DNA of 64,000 bases, taken from positions 1 through 64,000 of IMG/VR virus record IMGVR_UViG_3300037475_000071. One strand, 5' to 3'. The DNA comes from a virus. A model generated the notes under the pieces. That model worked only from the letters and a program-made list of their open reading frames with translations, made no database searches and was not told the origin of the DNA. This document shows, one piece after another, positions 30,049-40,940 of this stretch. Both the position numbers and the translations under genes were made by a program. Positions within the stretch are counted from its first letter, which is position 1. The number at the start of each line of letters is the position of its first letter.

Positions 30049-30247
30049 CCCTTTTTCCCGCAATCCCAAGGTTATGTTTGGCCAAGTCTGCATTCGGGGA
30101 ACGCGAATTTCGCTCAACTTTATCAAAGCTCGGAGACGAGGCGGGGATTCAGTCAAGGCGATAGCGGAGTCTTACAACCAGACCATAGGGATCATTAGGG
30201 CAGCAATCAATTATGGTTTACGGAAACGGGGAGGCTCTAATGGATAG
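30041..30247 (+). CDS. DUF433-like small protein
   Basis: NPKVMFGQVCIRGTRI...GDS..AIAESY...IRAAINY. Confidence 0.65.
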   Translation: MDSPFSRNPKVMFGQVCIRGTRISLNFIKARRRGGDSVKAIAESYNQTIGIIRAAINYGLRKRGGSNG

Positions 30248-30533
30248 CGAAGAGACACCTTTAATCGTCGAGGAAATTTACACACATTGGTCACACTTCA
30301 ATTTTCAGCCCGAACAGTGGCGCAAAGCCGCTGAGCGATTCCTAGCATTAGTTGAGGCCATTAAACGGTCAGAAGCCGACGACGAAGAGGTAGATCACGA
30401 CGCTTTGGGCGAAACTTTCACAAGTTGCGACATCTGCGAACACATCAGTAATTTGCAAGATGATTTCACGGAATTCGCCAAAGAATTCGCTCCAATTTGG
30501 GCGGAAAAAGCGAAGGAGAGAGCCGATGGATAG
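30240..30533 (+). CDS. acidic hypothetical protein (MDSE start)
   Basis: ATGGATAG overlap with the previous stop. Confidence 0.6.
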   Translation: MDSEETPLIVEEIYTHWSHFNFQPEQWRKAAERFLALVEAIKRSEADDEEVDHDALGETFTSCDICEHISNLQDDFTEFAKEFAPIWAEKAKERADG

Positions 30534-31002
30534 CGAAGACAGTAAGCCGCTCGCCGCGATTAAAAAATTTCGAGAAACTCGCGGAAGGCACGAAGGAGAG
30601 CACGATTCATTAGGCGGCGTAAGTTGCTCTCGATGCGAAATGGCATACGTCGAAGCCGAAGCCGATCTGGATTCCGTCTTGGCAGAAGAACACGACGAAG
30701 ATTGCCCATGCTACGGAGACCATGTAGAGCATTCAACAGATTGTGCTAATTGCGAGTGCGCCGGGGGACAGCAGGAGCCGCCACGACCCGATGAATGCCC
30801 GACATGCGGAAGCGTGAATCCCTATTACGTGAAAGTGGGCGGAGCTGGGGTGGAGGAGCCTGCACAATGCTCAAAATGTCAACATCCGGCTCATGACTCG
30901 GTATGCCGAGAGTGCATTTTCCCTGGAGTATTTTGTTTCTGCGGAGTTAAGCGCGGGGTGGAGGAGCCTGGCGCACCGCAACCGGCGCTGCGGCGGTGGT
31001 AA
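30526..31002 (+). CDS. modular Cys-rich protein (MDSE start)
   Basis: Several CxxC modules separated by G(V/Q)(E/Q)EP linkers. Confidence 0.6.
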   Translation: MDSEDSKPLAAIKKFRETRGRHEGEHDSLGGVSCSRCEMAYVEAEADLDSVLAEEHDEDCPCYGDHVEHSTDCANCECAGGQQEPPRPDECPTCGSVNPYYVKVGGAGVEEPAQCSKCQHPAHDSVCRECIFPGVFCFCGVKRGVEEPGAPQPALRRW

Positions 31003-31147
31003 ACCCGGTTATATGACGATATGCAAAGTGGGCGAAAAATGCGAACCAATTAAGGAAAATCCATGAAATCAATTTTAGCGTATGTGTTACTGCTGGGGAT
31101 CGGAGCACCATAGTTTGGCCGGAGATTGCAATTCCCGCCTTTTGTAG

Positions 31148-31177
31148 TTGACATTACACATCTTCCTGTTGTATCCT
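31148..31177 (+). promoter_or_regulatory. promoter of the TTGACA-NN-ACACA family
   Basis: TTGACATTACACAT...TG TATCCT, 18-nt spacer. Confidence 0.65.
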
Positions 31178-31190
31178 CATAAAAGCTATA

Positions 31191-31374
31191 GGAGGCGGCC
31201 GGGATGCGATATTCCCAGTCATCAACATTGACCCTACGCGGAATCTCCTCGTGATGCCGCCGTCGTAGGGTTGCGTGTCTGGATAACCGTCTGGGCACAG
31301 GGCAGCTAGCGAGACAGCCGAAAAGGGGTACACGTAGCTAATAGGAATCCGCAAGCTATGTGTTCCCCGTTTCC
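31191..31374 (+). ncRNA. candidate multibranch structured RNA
   Basis: GGAGGCGG/CCGTTTCC closing stem plus 4-5 internal hairpins, just after a promoter. Confidence 0.45.
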
Positions 31375-32026
31375 TTTTGGAGGCTGCTATGAACGAATGG
31401 GACGAAGAACTGACCGAGTTGTTAGACGCAGACTGTGCGGAATATGAACGCCGCCTTGCAGAAGAGAGGATCATCGACCTATGAGTGCTACCGACGAAGG
31501 ACGCCAAGCCGCAATAGATGGCAAGCACCATCTGAACAATCCTTACAAGGTTCTGACGGGCAATCACGACCAGTGGAACGGCGGGTACTGGGAGGATGAG
31601 CTAAATGAAGACAACAGCGATTTGGAAGCCGCCGACTCTAAGTTCTCCAAGTTACGTGGTTTGGACTGGGAAGCAATAGCGCAAGCCGCCGAGTATCTGG
31701 GACACACCGGTGGAGGGCCGTTGGAAGCGCGGTTACGCTCTCTGTACCAAGAAGTGAAGGGGTTGCTGCAAAATGAAGCTAATTAAAATGCTAATACACA
31801 AGCTGCTTAATAAACAGTGTGAAGTCTCGCCTGTGACCTCGCAATTGACGAAGAAGGAAGTAGAAGATATTGAAACTTTTATGGCTGATTATGAAAAGTG
31901 CGCTGGTGACTTTACCAAATGGTTAGAACAGCAGTGCGCCGCCATTAACGCTCAGTATGATGTTCCGAAGAAAGCGCGTATTGAGTACATAATGTAGAAC
32001 TAGAACACGCAGTTGACAGTTTTCTG

Positions 32027-32056
32027 TTGACACTACACATGTTTTGCTTGTATTTT
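32027..32056 (+). promoter_or_regulatory. promoter of the TTGACA-NN-ACACA family
   Basis: TTGACACTACACAT...TG TATTTT. Confidence 0.6.
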
Positions 32057-32075
32057 TGAGTTGTGCCGATGCACA

Positions 32076-32311
32076 CAAGGTGAGGCCGGTTCTGGTCGGG
32101 CGCGACAAGGCGGGGCCAGACCTGTCCCGTTGCGGCAGTCATGGAGCGGTAGGCTAGGTCGGGAGTGACAGGTTACGGTAAGGCAGTTATGGTAAGGCCG
32201 GTTGCGGTGAGTCAGGTAGCGGTGAGTTCGGGTGAGGCGCAGCGCGATGAGACGCGGCAGGCGCGGCGGGGCACGTTTTGGTGAGGAACGTCATGATGCG
32301 ACTTGGCAGGC
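32076..32311 (+). repeat. degenerate 5-nt-periodic G-rich tract
   Basis: ~45 NNNG(G/T/A) pentamers punctuated by CAGG/CAGT/TAGG tetramers. Confidence 0.8.
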
Positions 32312-32335
32312 ATATTGAAAAAGAGGAGCTAAACA

Positions 32336-33652
32336 ATGGGTGTACTCAGTATGAAGTTAGGTAGCATTGAATCTTTATTGCAACCAGAAGAAAAGACCAC
32401 TGTTAGCTACCCTCTTTATCGAGGAACGGTAGAACTCATTTATAACGATCAAGAGCATTCCTATTTCGTCATGCGTGACGGGGCATTGACTGGGGTAGCT
32501 GGCGTAACGTCGGTCACTGGGGTTTTGAACAAACCTAATTTGGTTCCTTGGGCTGTTAGGGAAGCCGCCGATTGTCTTATTGCAATGATGGAGGGCGACA
32601 CTTATGTAGGTGGCGACGTTCGTTACCTACCTCCAATGACGTTTGATGAGTTTGTTAGCAGGGTCACAGAGTCTAAAGCAGAATATCGCAGAATCAGCCA
32701 GCACGCTTTAGATGTGGGGCACGAAGCTCATCAATGGTTAGAGGACTTGCAAAAGTTAGCTATCAACCAGCGGACAACCATACACGCCGTGTGGGATTCT
32801 GGGCAACTTCCGTTGCCTATCATCACTCCTGATTTAAGCGTAGCAGACGACGATTTGAGAGCTAAGCGCGTAGCCGCAGCCGAAACCCATACCGAGACGG
32901 TACGCAATTGCTGTAAAGCAGGGGTCAATTGGATGTTGGCGCACAACTACAGGGCCGTTCGCGTCGAAAACAAAACATTTTCCAAGCAGTGGCTGTTCGC
33001 TGGAACGTTTGATTGCATTGCACTGGTTGATTCCTGCGATAACGAAGAGTGCTGCGCTAAACCCTACAAAAACCTAATAGTTATCGCAGATTGGAAAAGT
33101 TCTAAGGGTCTTTATCCCGAGTACAGGCTGCAATTAGCCGCCTACTTGGAATCCTGGATGGAGGAGTACGGAGACGACAACGAATTCTGGGAATCGGTAG
33201 AGAAACGCTACGGAGTGTTGTTCCCACAACGTTCCCTACAGGGGCGCATCGTTGTCAAATTGGGAAAAGAGGATGGTCAATTCGAAGCGTTTTTCCTCGA
33301 CAACGCTGACCAGCCGAAGGACTTCGCCGCGTTCCTCGGCCTCACTACCCCGTACGAACGGATTCAAGAGATAGAAGAATCCGAACGCATGGTTCGTAAC
33401 CTTGAGTCCTCCATTAAAAAAGCAGCACGAGCAGATGCAGACGCGGCCGAAGCCTTACGTAAAGCGCAGGCCAGAGCGTTGCGCCAAGCCGAGTCTGAAA
33501 ACAAGAAGCGCGAGGAAGAAGCTGCCAAAGCGTTGAAGGCCGCCGAAAAAATAGCAGCCAAAGCCGCCAAGGAAGCCGAAAAGCAGCGCGACAAAGAAGC
33601 CAAACAGTTACTCAAAGAGGCGAAGAAAGCTGGAAAGGAGTTAGTGCAATGA
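32336..33652 (+). CDS. PD-(D/E)XK (Cas4-like) exonuclease with Lys/Ala-rich tail
   Basis: GVTSV..VLNKPNL..W, GHEAH, FAGTFD, ADWKSS, QLAAY. Confidence 0.8.
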   Translation: MGVLSMKLGSIESLLQPEEKTTVSYPLYRGTVELIYNDQEHSYFVMRDGALTGVAGVTSVTGVLNKPNLVPWAVREAADCLIAMMEGDTYVGGDVRYLPPMTFDEFVSRVTESKAEYRRISQHALDVGHEAHQWLEDLQKLAINQRTTIHAVWDSGQLPLPIITPDLSVADDDLRAKRVAAAETHTETVRNCCKAGVNWMLAHNYRAVRVENKTFSKQWLFAGTFDCIALVDSCDNEECCAKPYKNLIVIADWKSSKGLYPEYRLQLAAYLESWMEEYGDDNEFWESVEKRYGVLFPQRSLQGRIVVKLGKEDGQFEAFFLDNADQPKDFAAFLGLTTPYERIQEIEESERMVRNLESSIKKAARADADAAEALRKAQARALRQAESENKKREEEAAKALKAAEKIAAKAAKEAEKQRDKEAKQLLKEAKKAGKELVQ

Positions 33653-34986
33653 GAGAACCCACAGCAAGCGAAGAGGCCGAGATTATTAAAGGGTGGGAAA
33701 AGATAAATCGCAGTATGGAGGAACTAATCCCTTTAGTTGAAGCCAACACAGAGAAATTGAAGTATATCCATGCGTCTTTCTTTGGGATGATACCAGTGGT
33801 AAAGTGCAGTTGCGACAGGGAACATACCGATGAATGCTTGAAGTGTAACGGAGACGGGTATGTGCGGGTAGAGAAGCCAGTTACTCCTACTCCGCCCCTA
33901 GAGTGCTCCTGCGACCCAGCCTATTCTCACCTGTGCTGGAAATGTGGTGGTACGGGGTACCTGAAGCAATGAAGCTACTCCTAGTCGCCCTCCTAGCACT
34001 TACAACCACAACCCTGCACCAAGAACGTGAGAACCGCGTCAGTAACGTTCCCCCAGCCGCGTTGTTTCCCTATTACAACGGGCCAGTCACGGTGAACCAT
34101 TCTCCCACTGTGCCGACTGTGCGAATCTCCGCATTCAGCGGTGACTGCGGACTTCGCTACTTGTCGGAAGTACAGCTGGTCAACCACGCAATGGTGGCTC
34201 TGGGCGTAACCCCGGCCAGCATTGAGATTGACGAAACCGACCCCGGTAAGGGAGTAGATACCTGTCTAGGCGTGGATGCTACGTGCGACGGCAGGGCTAT
34301 CTCTATCGTTCGGTCGGGCGGCGGTTCCCTGCTCAGTATCCATCACTACTCCGTGTTCACCAGCATCGACGGGTTCAACCTGAAGCTGTTGATTGACTTG
34401 GCTCCATCGGCGAATGGACTGGATTTGACGCAGTTTGCAATAAAGCCGGGAACGTTTTTCTACCTGAAAGTAGTGAGCCAGCCGTTGATGCGAAACACAT
34501 TCATTCCGATGGGAGTTTGTCCACAATGACTAAATATGTTGATGTAGCCGCACCGCCAACGCGAGGAGAAGGTAATTTAGTAAACAAATACCACATATTT
34601 CATGGTGAGGAAAATAGTCTTGATGATTGTGGAAGCCACGGCTGCACAGGGCATACTTCCTACTATCTAGTTTGCGATTGTGGATTTTCCGCTCCTTGCA
34701 GCTACGAGACAGAACAAGTCGTAATTCAGCGGCACGAATTGGACGTTATCAAGTACCAATTAGGCTTGAAGTTCTTTGTCCAATGAAGCCCCTGAAGTAG
34801 AGTGCTGGGGTCTGGACTACCAAGGCAAAGTCCGCGGCAAGCACAAACCACTACCTGCTGTATACGACGGGAAACCGGCCACAAGCTGCGCTTGGTGTGG
34901 TTATTTCCTAGATACACACAAAGCAGTTGACTTCACACCAGAAGTATGACACAATCATAAATGTCCCTACTCAGGGAAGGAGAAAT

Positions 34987-35898
34987 ATGAGCACATCTTT
35001 GATTCCAGCACAACCGCAGGGTTCTTCCCTCGTTAAACTCGATGGTGGGTTGGCCGGATTTGAGCAGAAAATCACTATCGAACAGGTTGACTTGGTGCAG
35101 AACACCACCCGCGCCGAAGGAGCCGAACCTGGTAAATTCCGCAGCAAGTCCTCGGGACAGCACGTAACCGAACTGTTCGCCATTCCAATCGGAGCACAGA
35201 CCAAGCGTGTTCTATTTCCTGATGGGGAGTTTGGCGCGAATCCTATTTGCCGTTCTAACGACGGCATTGTCCCCGCTGACTCCATTGCAAATCCGCCCTC
35301 GCAGTCGTGTAAGACCTGCAAGATGTCTAGCTGGAACGCATACTCTGCGGCCAAACGTCGTGGAGCACCGCAGTCCACGTTACAGGCACTGAAGCCGAAG
35401 TGCGACGAGAAGCTGGAACTACTGTTCCTCGACAAGCTGACCTTCAAGGTTCTCCGTTTGAACACTGGCGGGGCGTCGTTGAAGGAAGTCAAAAGCTCCA
35501 TCCGCTCGATTCAACAAGAAATCCAGTCCATCATGGACAAGGCGGCGATGGACGAAGCCGAAGCGATAGCGGCAGGCAAGGAGTTCAAGCCAGTCAACAT
35601 CGGCATGTACGACTTCATGCTGCATATCAAATCGCACAAGCTGGTCAATAGCTCGGGAACGTTCTACGTCCTGCAAATCAAGCAAGGTCGTACGCCGTTC
35701 ACCAACGAAGATGTCCGGCAGAGGTTTGCGAAGATGTACAACAACAAAGTCGCAGCCTTGCAGGAGATGTTCACCCGCGCTACCGACGACGCCGAACAGG
35801 AGTACGTCGAAGCACAGATTGACCAGTCTATGCCGACACCTGCTGTGGCGGGCGTTGGCGGGGCTCCAGAGCCTGTCATTGAAGCGGGGTCGTACTAG
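34987..35898 (+). CDS. putative ssDNA-binding / recombination protein
   Basis: ICRSNDG..P...CKTC..W...KPKC with acidic C-terminus; located among recombination genes. Confidence 0.45.
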   Translation: MSTSLIPAQPQGSSLVKLDGGLAGFEQKITIEQVDLVQNTTRAEGAEPGKFRSKSSGQHVTELFAIPIGAQTKRVLFPDGEFGANPICRSNDGIVPADSIANPPSQSCKTCKMSSWNAYSAAKRRGAPQSTLQALKPKCDEKLELLFLDKLTFKVLRLNTGGASLKEVKSSIRSIQQEIQSIMDKAAMDEAEAIAAGKEFKPVNIGMYDFMLHIKSHKLVNSSGTFYVLQIKQGRTPFTNEDVRQRFAKMYNNKVAALQEMFTRATDDAEQEYVEAQIDQSMPTPAVAGVGGAPEPVIEAGSY

Positions 35899-37809
35899 AT
35901 TTCAGTAGTTTTGAAAAGGAGAACAATGCACTACGCAAATGGAAAAGAAGCTAAGAACGGGGACAAAATAGTTCACATTTCGCCGTATAGTGGTCACGTT
36001 ACAGTAGGCATTCTTTATGATGCCGTAGCTGGCAACGATTACTGCAACGGGAAATTGGCTATTACATCCGTCTCTGATCCCTGCCCTAACCTAAAGGAGT
36101 GTCTTCACTTGGATGATGTGAAGGCTTTGTTCCCAGAAAAGCTGGAGTTGGTTCCTACTAAAGGAGACAAACGTGGTAACAGTAGAGATTAACGTCACTA
36201 AGAAAGACATTGCTCAAGGCGTGTGCTCTGACGGCACTAATTGCCCCATAGCGCGTGCTGCTATTCGGGCAGGATTCGACGAAGTAGGTGTTGACAGTTT
36301 GGGACTGGTCTTCGGGTACGGGAACCTTGTACGCACAACATTTGGTAGCTATTTTGAGGATGGTGGTTGGGCGAATCTGCCTAAAGTAGCTAAAACCTTT
36401 GTTGAAACTTTCGACGGACAAGGCGAAGTTAAACCATTCAAATTTCGAGTCAAACTTAAGAACTCCGTAGCTAAGCAGTTGAAACTACGCAAATCCGCGA
36501 TTGTCTCCGCCTAACATGGACTTCACTTTCAACAACATCGCCGCCGAGGTTCAGCAACTCAGTCCTCGTGCCGCCGTGGTTAGAGATAGCCTGAAGAAGT
36601 TGCAGGGTCGGATGAACGATTCCACCTTCGAACTGGCCGACTTGCTGGCCGAAGCTCTGGAGAACAACTACCCGACCCAGCTTGGCTTCGCTGACCTCAA
36701 TGCGTGGCTCGAAGACGCGGAACTGGACATTCGGCAGCGGCAGGCCGAACAACTTGTTCAAATCAAGTATAGGAGCGAGGCTCTTGGCATACCACGCGAG
36801 ACACTGCGCCACCTAGCGACTGGGAAACTCAAGGCCATCTTCTCCCTCGACGTTGATCGGCATTTTGGCGGGGATAAGGCCAAGTACGAAGCCGCCGTAC
36901 GCGGACTGGTAGAAGAAGCCCCGAATACCAAGCTGGATGCGCTGGAATCCAAAGTCCGGCAACAGAAAGGCATCGAGGAGGAAGGCACCGTTCTTCGCTC
37001 ATACCGTATGAGCGAGGAAGGCTACGAGAACGAAGTCAAGCCAGCCATTGAAAGAGTTAAAGGTTTGGCGGGGCAAGAGATGTCCGACGGGGCGGCACTG
37101 ATTGAGATTTGCTCAGACTTCAACGCTGGGCCTGACAGTATTTAAGGTCAACTATATGGTACCTTAAGCCACATAAGCACAATTATAAGACACTTTAAAA
37201 GTAAATAAAAAATGGGAATAACCTTCAAAATAGTTGCTTCTGAACGCAAACTGGTTGACAAGATTGAATGTGACCACTGCGGTAAAGAAATCAAGAAACA
37301 TTCCGAGGGCAACTGGAATCCCTACGGAGAGCCATACAGCAAATTCCACAAGCCGTTGTTCGACGACTATTTTCTGCTGCAACACAGTTGGGGGTACAGT
37401 TCCCGCAAGGATTTAGAGACTCACGAAGCTGTAATCTGCGAGGACTGCTACGACGTTATTTTCAAGAACGTAAAGATTCATATTAAGCATTACGCATAAG
37501 GAGAACCCATTGTTTATCTTCAATTCATGCCCCGACCACACGCACATCATCCTCGAAGGTGACGAACGGGACATCGTTCAGTCACTTCTGGAAGCCTCTG
37601 TATTTGGCGGCGATGGTGCTGTTGACTCTGAGCAACTATCCCACTACGTAGCGGACGAGACTGGAGCTACGCCGCTAGGGGTTATGGTGACTACTTCAGA
37701 GTTGGCCGACCAGCTCATGTACGCACTCTGTAACCCTGACTACAACAACGACGAAGAGACGGAAGCTAAGCCTTTGACGACGGCTAGCAACACGACGACC
37801 ATCAACTAA

Positions 37810-38091
37810 GTGACGGACGATGAGTACAAGGCACTATGTCGTCGGGTACTTAAACGCGACCATTACAAATGTGTGGTTCCTCTCTGTGGCGCACGGTCTG
37901 CGCTGCATTGCCACCCCGTACGTTATAGGTCGGCAGGCGGCCCAGACGAAAGCTCAAACCTGCTGACGGTGTGTAGTCGGTGTCACGACCGCATCCACGT
38001 CACTGGCGAAGTTCAAATCGTTGCACTCTGGGAAGGCACGGAGATAAACGCCGACCTGAAGCACTACAAATTTGTTATTAGGAGGAAGTGA
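37810..38091 (+). CDS. small HNH endonuclease
   Basis: RDHYKC...C...GG...NLLTVCSRCHDRIH. Confidence 0.75.
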   Translation: MTDDEYKALCRRVLKRDHYKCVVPLCGARSALHCHPVRYRSAGGPDESSNLLTVCSRCHDRIHVTGEVQIVALWEGTEINADLKHYKFVIRRK

Positions 38092-38400
38092 TTGTACGAG
38101 TTCTTAAAGCCTAGAAACGGCCCAGTAGTTGATGGGATGGAGTCGGAGGAAGTTGTGTACGCGGAAGACCAGCCTCAGTACATTCCACTGCGTACGCTAG
38201 TAAGTTCAGCCCCAGATGGACGTGTGGTATCCCGCTGGACGCCGACGGATGAGCAGCGAAAGCTAATCGCCGACGGCGCAGACATTTTCTTAGAGTTGCT
38301 AACTTTTCACCAACCATTAAACCCCATCCGAGTAGCTGTTTCTGACGGAAAGCTGGATAACGGGTGGGTACGGGTTTGCTTGCTAGGACGACACGCATAA

Positions 38401-39087
38401 ATGAGTAAATATGATAATTCAACTTGCAATTGGTGTGGTGCAATTATACCTAAACCAAACAAGACGCAGCGGGCAGGATTACACAGGGCAGGCCATGCTT
38501 ACTGCTCCACTGAATGCTCATCGGCCAACGCTTCTCATATAAGTTCAATAAGGATGGCCGAGACTAACCGCAAGCACTGCTCAGCGCGTATGAAACGTAA
38601 CAATCCTATGAAGCGCGAGGATGTTAGGCAGAAACAGTTAGCTAGTATACTTAGGGCTGGCGTAAAACCTCCGATACAGGGAGGTAACGGAAGAGGGCCG
38701 ACCAAATGGGAAGCTATGTTGGCTGCTGCCACGGGTCTAGCCGTTAATGTAGTGGTTCCGACTAAAGTACCGCGAGGTACGGGATACCCTACGTGTTACA
38801 AGATAGACCTCGGCGATGAGTTTTACAAAGTTGGCGTAGAAGTTGACGGCAACTCACATTACGGCGTTCGCAAAGTACAAGACAACAAGAAGGATTTGTT
38901 TTTACAGGAGCGAGGTTGGACTATTCTTCGCTTCAAGAATAAAGAAGTGGAAAATAACCTACGAGCGTGTGTCGATAGCATAAATAGCACACTGGAGAAA
39001 AAACGTGAAGCTGAGACCCTATCAGGAATCTGCCTTGGAAGCAATCAAGCTCCAGTACCAGAATGGAGTCAATCGGCTACTCCTTAA
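38401..39087 (+). CDS. DUF559/Vsr-like endonuclease (probable homing endonuclease)
   Basis: YKIDLG...VEVDGNSH...QDNKKD..L..RGW.ILRF.N; overlaps helicase start. Confidence 0.75.
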   Translation: MSKYDNSTCNWCGAIIPKPNKTQRAGLHRAGHAYCSTECSSANASHISSIRMAETNRKHCSARMKRNNPMKREDVRQKQLASILRAGVKPPIQGGNGRGPTKWEAMLAAATGLAVNVVVPTKVPRGTGYPTCYKIDLGDEFYKVGVEVDGNSHYGVRKVQDNKKDLFLQERGWTILRFKNKEVENNLRACVDSINSTLEKKREAETLSGICLGSNQAPVPEWSQSATP

Positions 39088-40693
39088 TCTTCCCTGCGGA
39101 ACCGGAAAAACTTGCTGCTTTAGTATGTTGCCACAACGCATGGAGTTGCCCGGAAAGTGGCTAATCTTGGTGCATCGCACCGAACTAGCGCAGCAGGCGT
39201 TCGACAAAATCAGCAAATGGAATCCCGACCTTAAAGTTGAAATTGAAATGGGTAGCGACCACGCCTGCGCCTCTTCTGACGTTGTTATAGCTTCCGTTCA
39301 GACTCTCGGTATGGAAGGCGGCACGCGGATTAACAAGTGGAATCCAGAAGAGTTTGCTGGCGTCGTAATAGATGAGTGTCATAGAAGTACGGCTGCTACG
39401 TACACCCGCGTGCTTGAGCATTTCGGCCTAGATAAACCAGGTGGTAAGCGATTATTGCTGGGAGTAACTGCCACAGTCAATCGTGCAGACGGACAGGGGC
39501 TGGATAAGGTCTACGACGCCATTGCTTATGAACTGTCGCTTCTGGACGCTGTAAGGCAGGGCTGGCTGGTGGATTTAAAGGGTATTCGCGTGGTTACGGG
39601 CGTTAGCTTGGATGGAGTCAAAATTACGGCCGGGGACTTTAACCCAAAGCAGCTTGAGGATGCCATTAATACGCCAGCACGTAATAAAGTAATCGTTCAA
39701 GAATGGCTGAAACACGCTGAACGTAGACGTACGGTAGCGTTCACCGTTGACATCCAGCACGCGAAGGACTTGGCAGCAATGTTCCGTGAGCATGACGTTA
39801 AGGCGGAAGCAGTATGGGGAACCGACCCTAACCGTAAAGAAAAATTAGCACAGTATGCTGCTGGCCAATTCGAAGTGCTGACCAACAGTTTTTTGTTGGT
39901 TGAAGGTTGGGACGACCCAGAGACAGCCTGTGTATTACAGGCAAAGCCCACCAGAAGCCTAGTAATGTATCAACAGCAGATTGGGCGAGGAGATCGTCTC
40001 CAAGCAAGTGTAGACAACCTCCTAGAAGCCAGAAAACTTGGCCAGAAACTGGAGAAGGAAGATTGCCTGATTATCGACGTAGTGGACAACACGACGAAGC
40101 ACTCGCTCGTGACGGTTCCCTCGTTGATGGGCCTCAATCCTGACCTAGACCTTAAAGGCGAGAGCGTTGTTTTCGCCAAGGATAGGGCCGACGCACTACA
40201 GGCCGCCAATCCGCTGGCCGACATGTCCAAGGTTACGGACATTGAGCAACTACGTGGCGACACTATTCCGGTGGATTTGTGGAAGGTAGAGTTCGCGCCG
40301 GAGGTACTGAAGGAGACGAGGCTACAGTGGCACAAGACTGGAGAGAGCAGCTACCTGCTGTCTATGAAATCCGGCCAAGGTGCAGTGGTATGGCAGGACT
40401 CGCTGAATAAGTGGCATGTAAAAGCCGTGTATGGGCAGAACAAGTTCGACGAGACCTTCGATACCCGCAAAGCTACGTTCGGGTTCGCTGAGAGAATGGC
40501 GGGTCTATGCAATGGGGACGACGCCAGATGGTTGACCCGTAATAATTCGTGGGGAGCCAAGCCAGCAACTAAGAACCAACTGGACTACTTACGTCGTCGT
40601 GGCGTGGCCGTCAAGGAAGATATTACTTCTGGACAGGCTAATCAAATTATTAACCGTTTGCAAGCAATTAACAGCGTAGGAGCAGCGCAATGA
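39005..40693 (+). CDS. superfamily 2 DExH helicase
   Basis: LRPYQ, GTGKT, DECH, TAT, EGWD, QQIGRG. Confidence 0.92.
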   Translation: MKLRPYQESALEAIKLQYQNGVNRLLLNLPCGTGKTCCFSMLPQRMELPGKWLILVHRTELAQQAFDKISKWNPDLKVEIEMGSDHACASSDVVIASVQTLGMEGGTRINKWNPEEFAGVVIDECHRSTAATYTRVLEHFGLDKPGGKRLLLGVTATVNRADGQGLDKVYDAIAYELSLLDAVRQGWLVDLKGIRVVTGVSLDGVKITAGDFNPKQLEDAINTPARNKVIVQEWLKHAERRRTVAFTVDIQHAKDLAAMFREHDVKAEAVWGTDPNRKEKLAQYAAGQFEVLTNSFLLVEGWDDPETACVLQAKPTRSLVMYQQQIGRGDRLQASVDNLLEARKLGQKLEKEDCLIIDVVDNTTKHSLVTVPSLMGLNPDLDLKGESVVFAKDRADALQAANPLADMSKVTDIEQLRGDTIPVDLWKVEFAPEVLKETRLQWHKTGESSYLLSMKSGQGAVVWQDSLNKWHVKAVYGQNKFDETFDTRKATFGFAERMAGLCNGDDARWLTRNNSWGAKPATKNQLDYLRRRGVAVKEDITSGQANQIINRLQAINSVGAAQ

Positions 40694-40940
40694 AGATAGA
40701 CAAATTCGAAGGGGACATATTCTGGAACGCTGAAGACAGGGAGATGGACGTAGAGCCCGAAGAGTATATGAACGAGGTTGGCTGCGGCATAGTAATTCAG
40801 TTTTCTCAAGCCAAGAGCTTACCTGACTTCTACGGTGTTCAATACTACGAGTCCGACAAGGATGAATACGTTGATGTATTCTTCACAACGCTCGAAGAGG
40901 CAGAAGACTGGGTTAATGCACACCCAGAGAAATAACCTAT

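Noticed and set aside
31194-31352. HDV-like ribozyme (ATC-TCCTCGT-GAT resembles P3/L3; GGCGGC/GCCGCC resembles P1)
   Set aside because: No catalytic-C J4/2 adjacent to a P2 partner; a simple local hairpin explains the pairing
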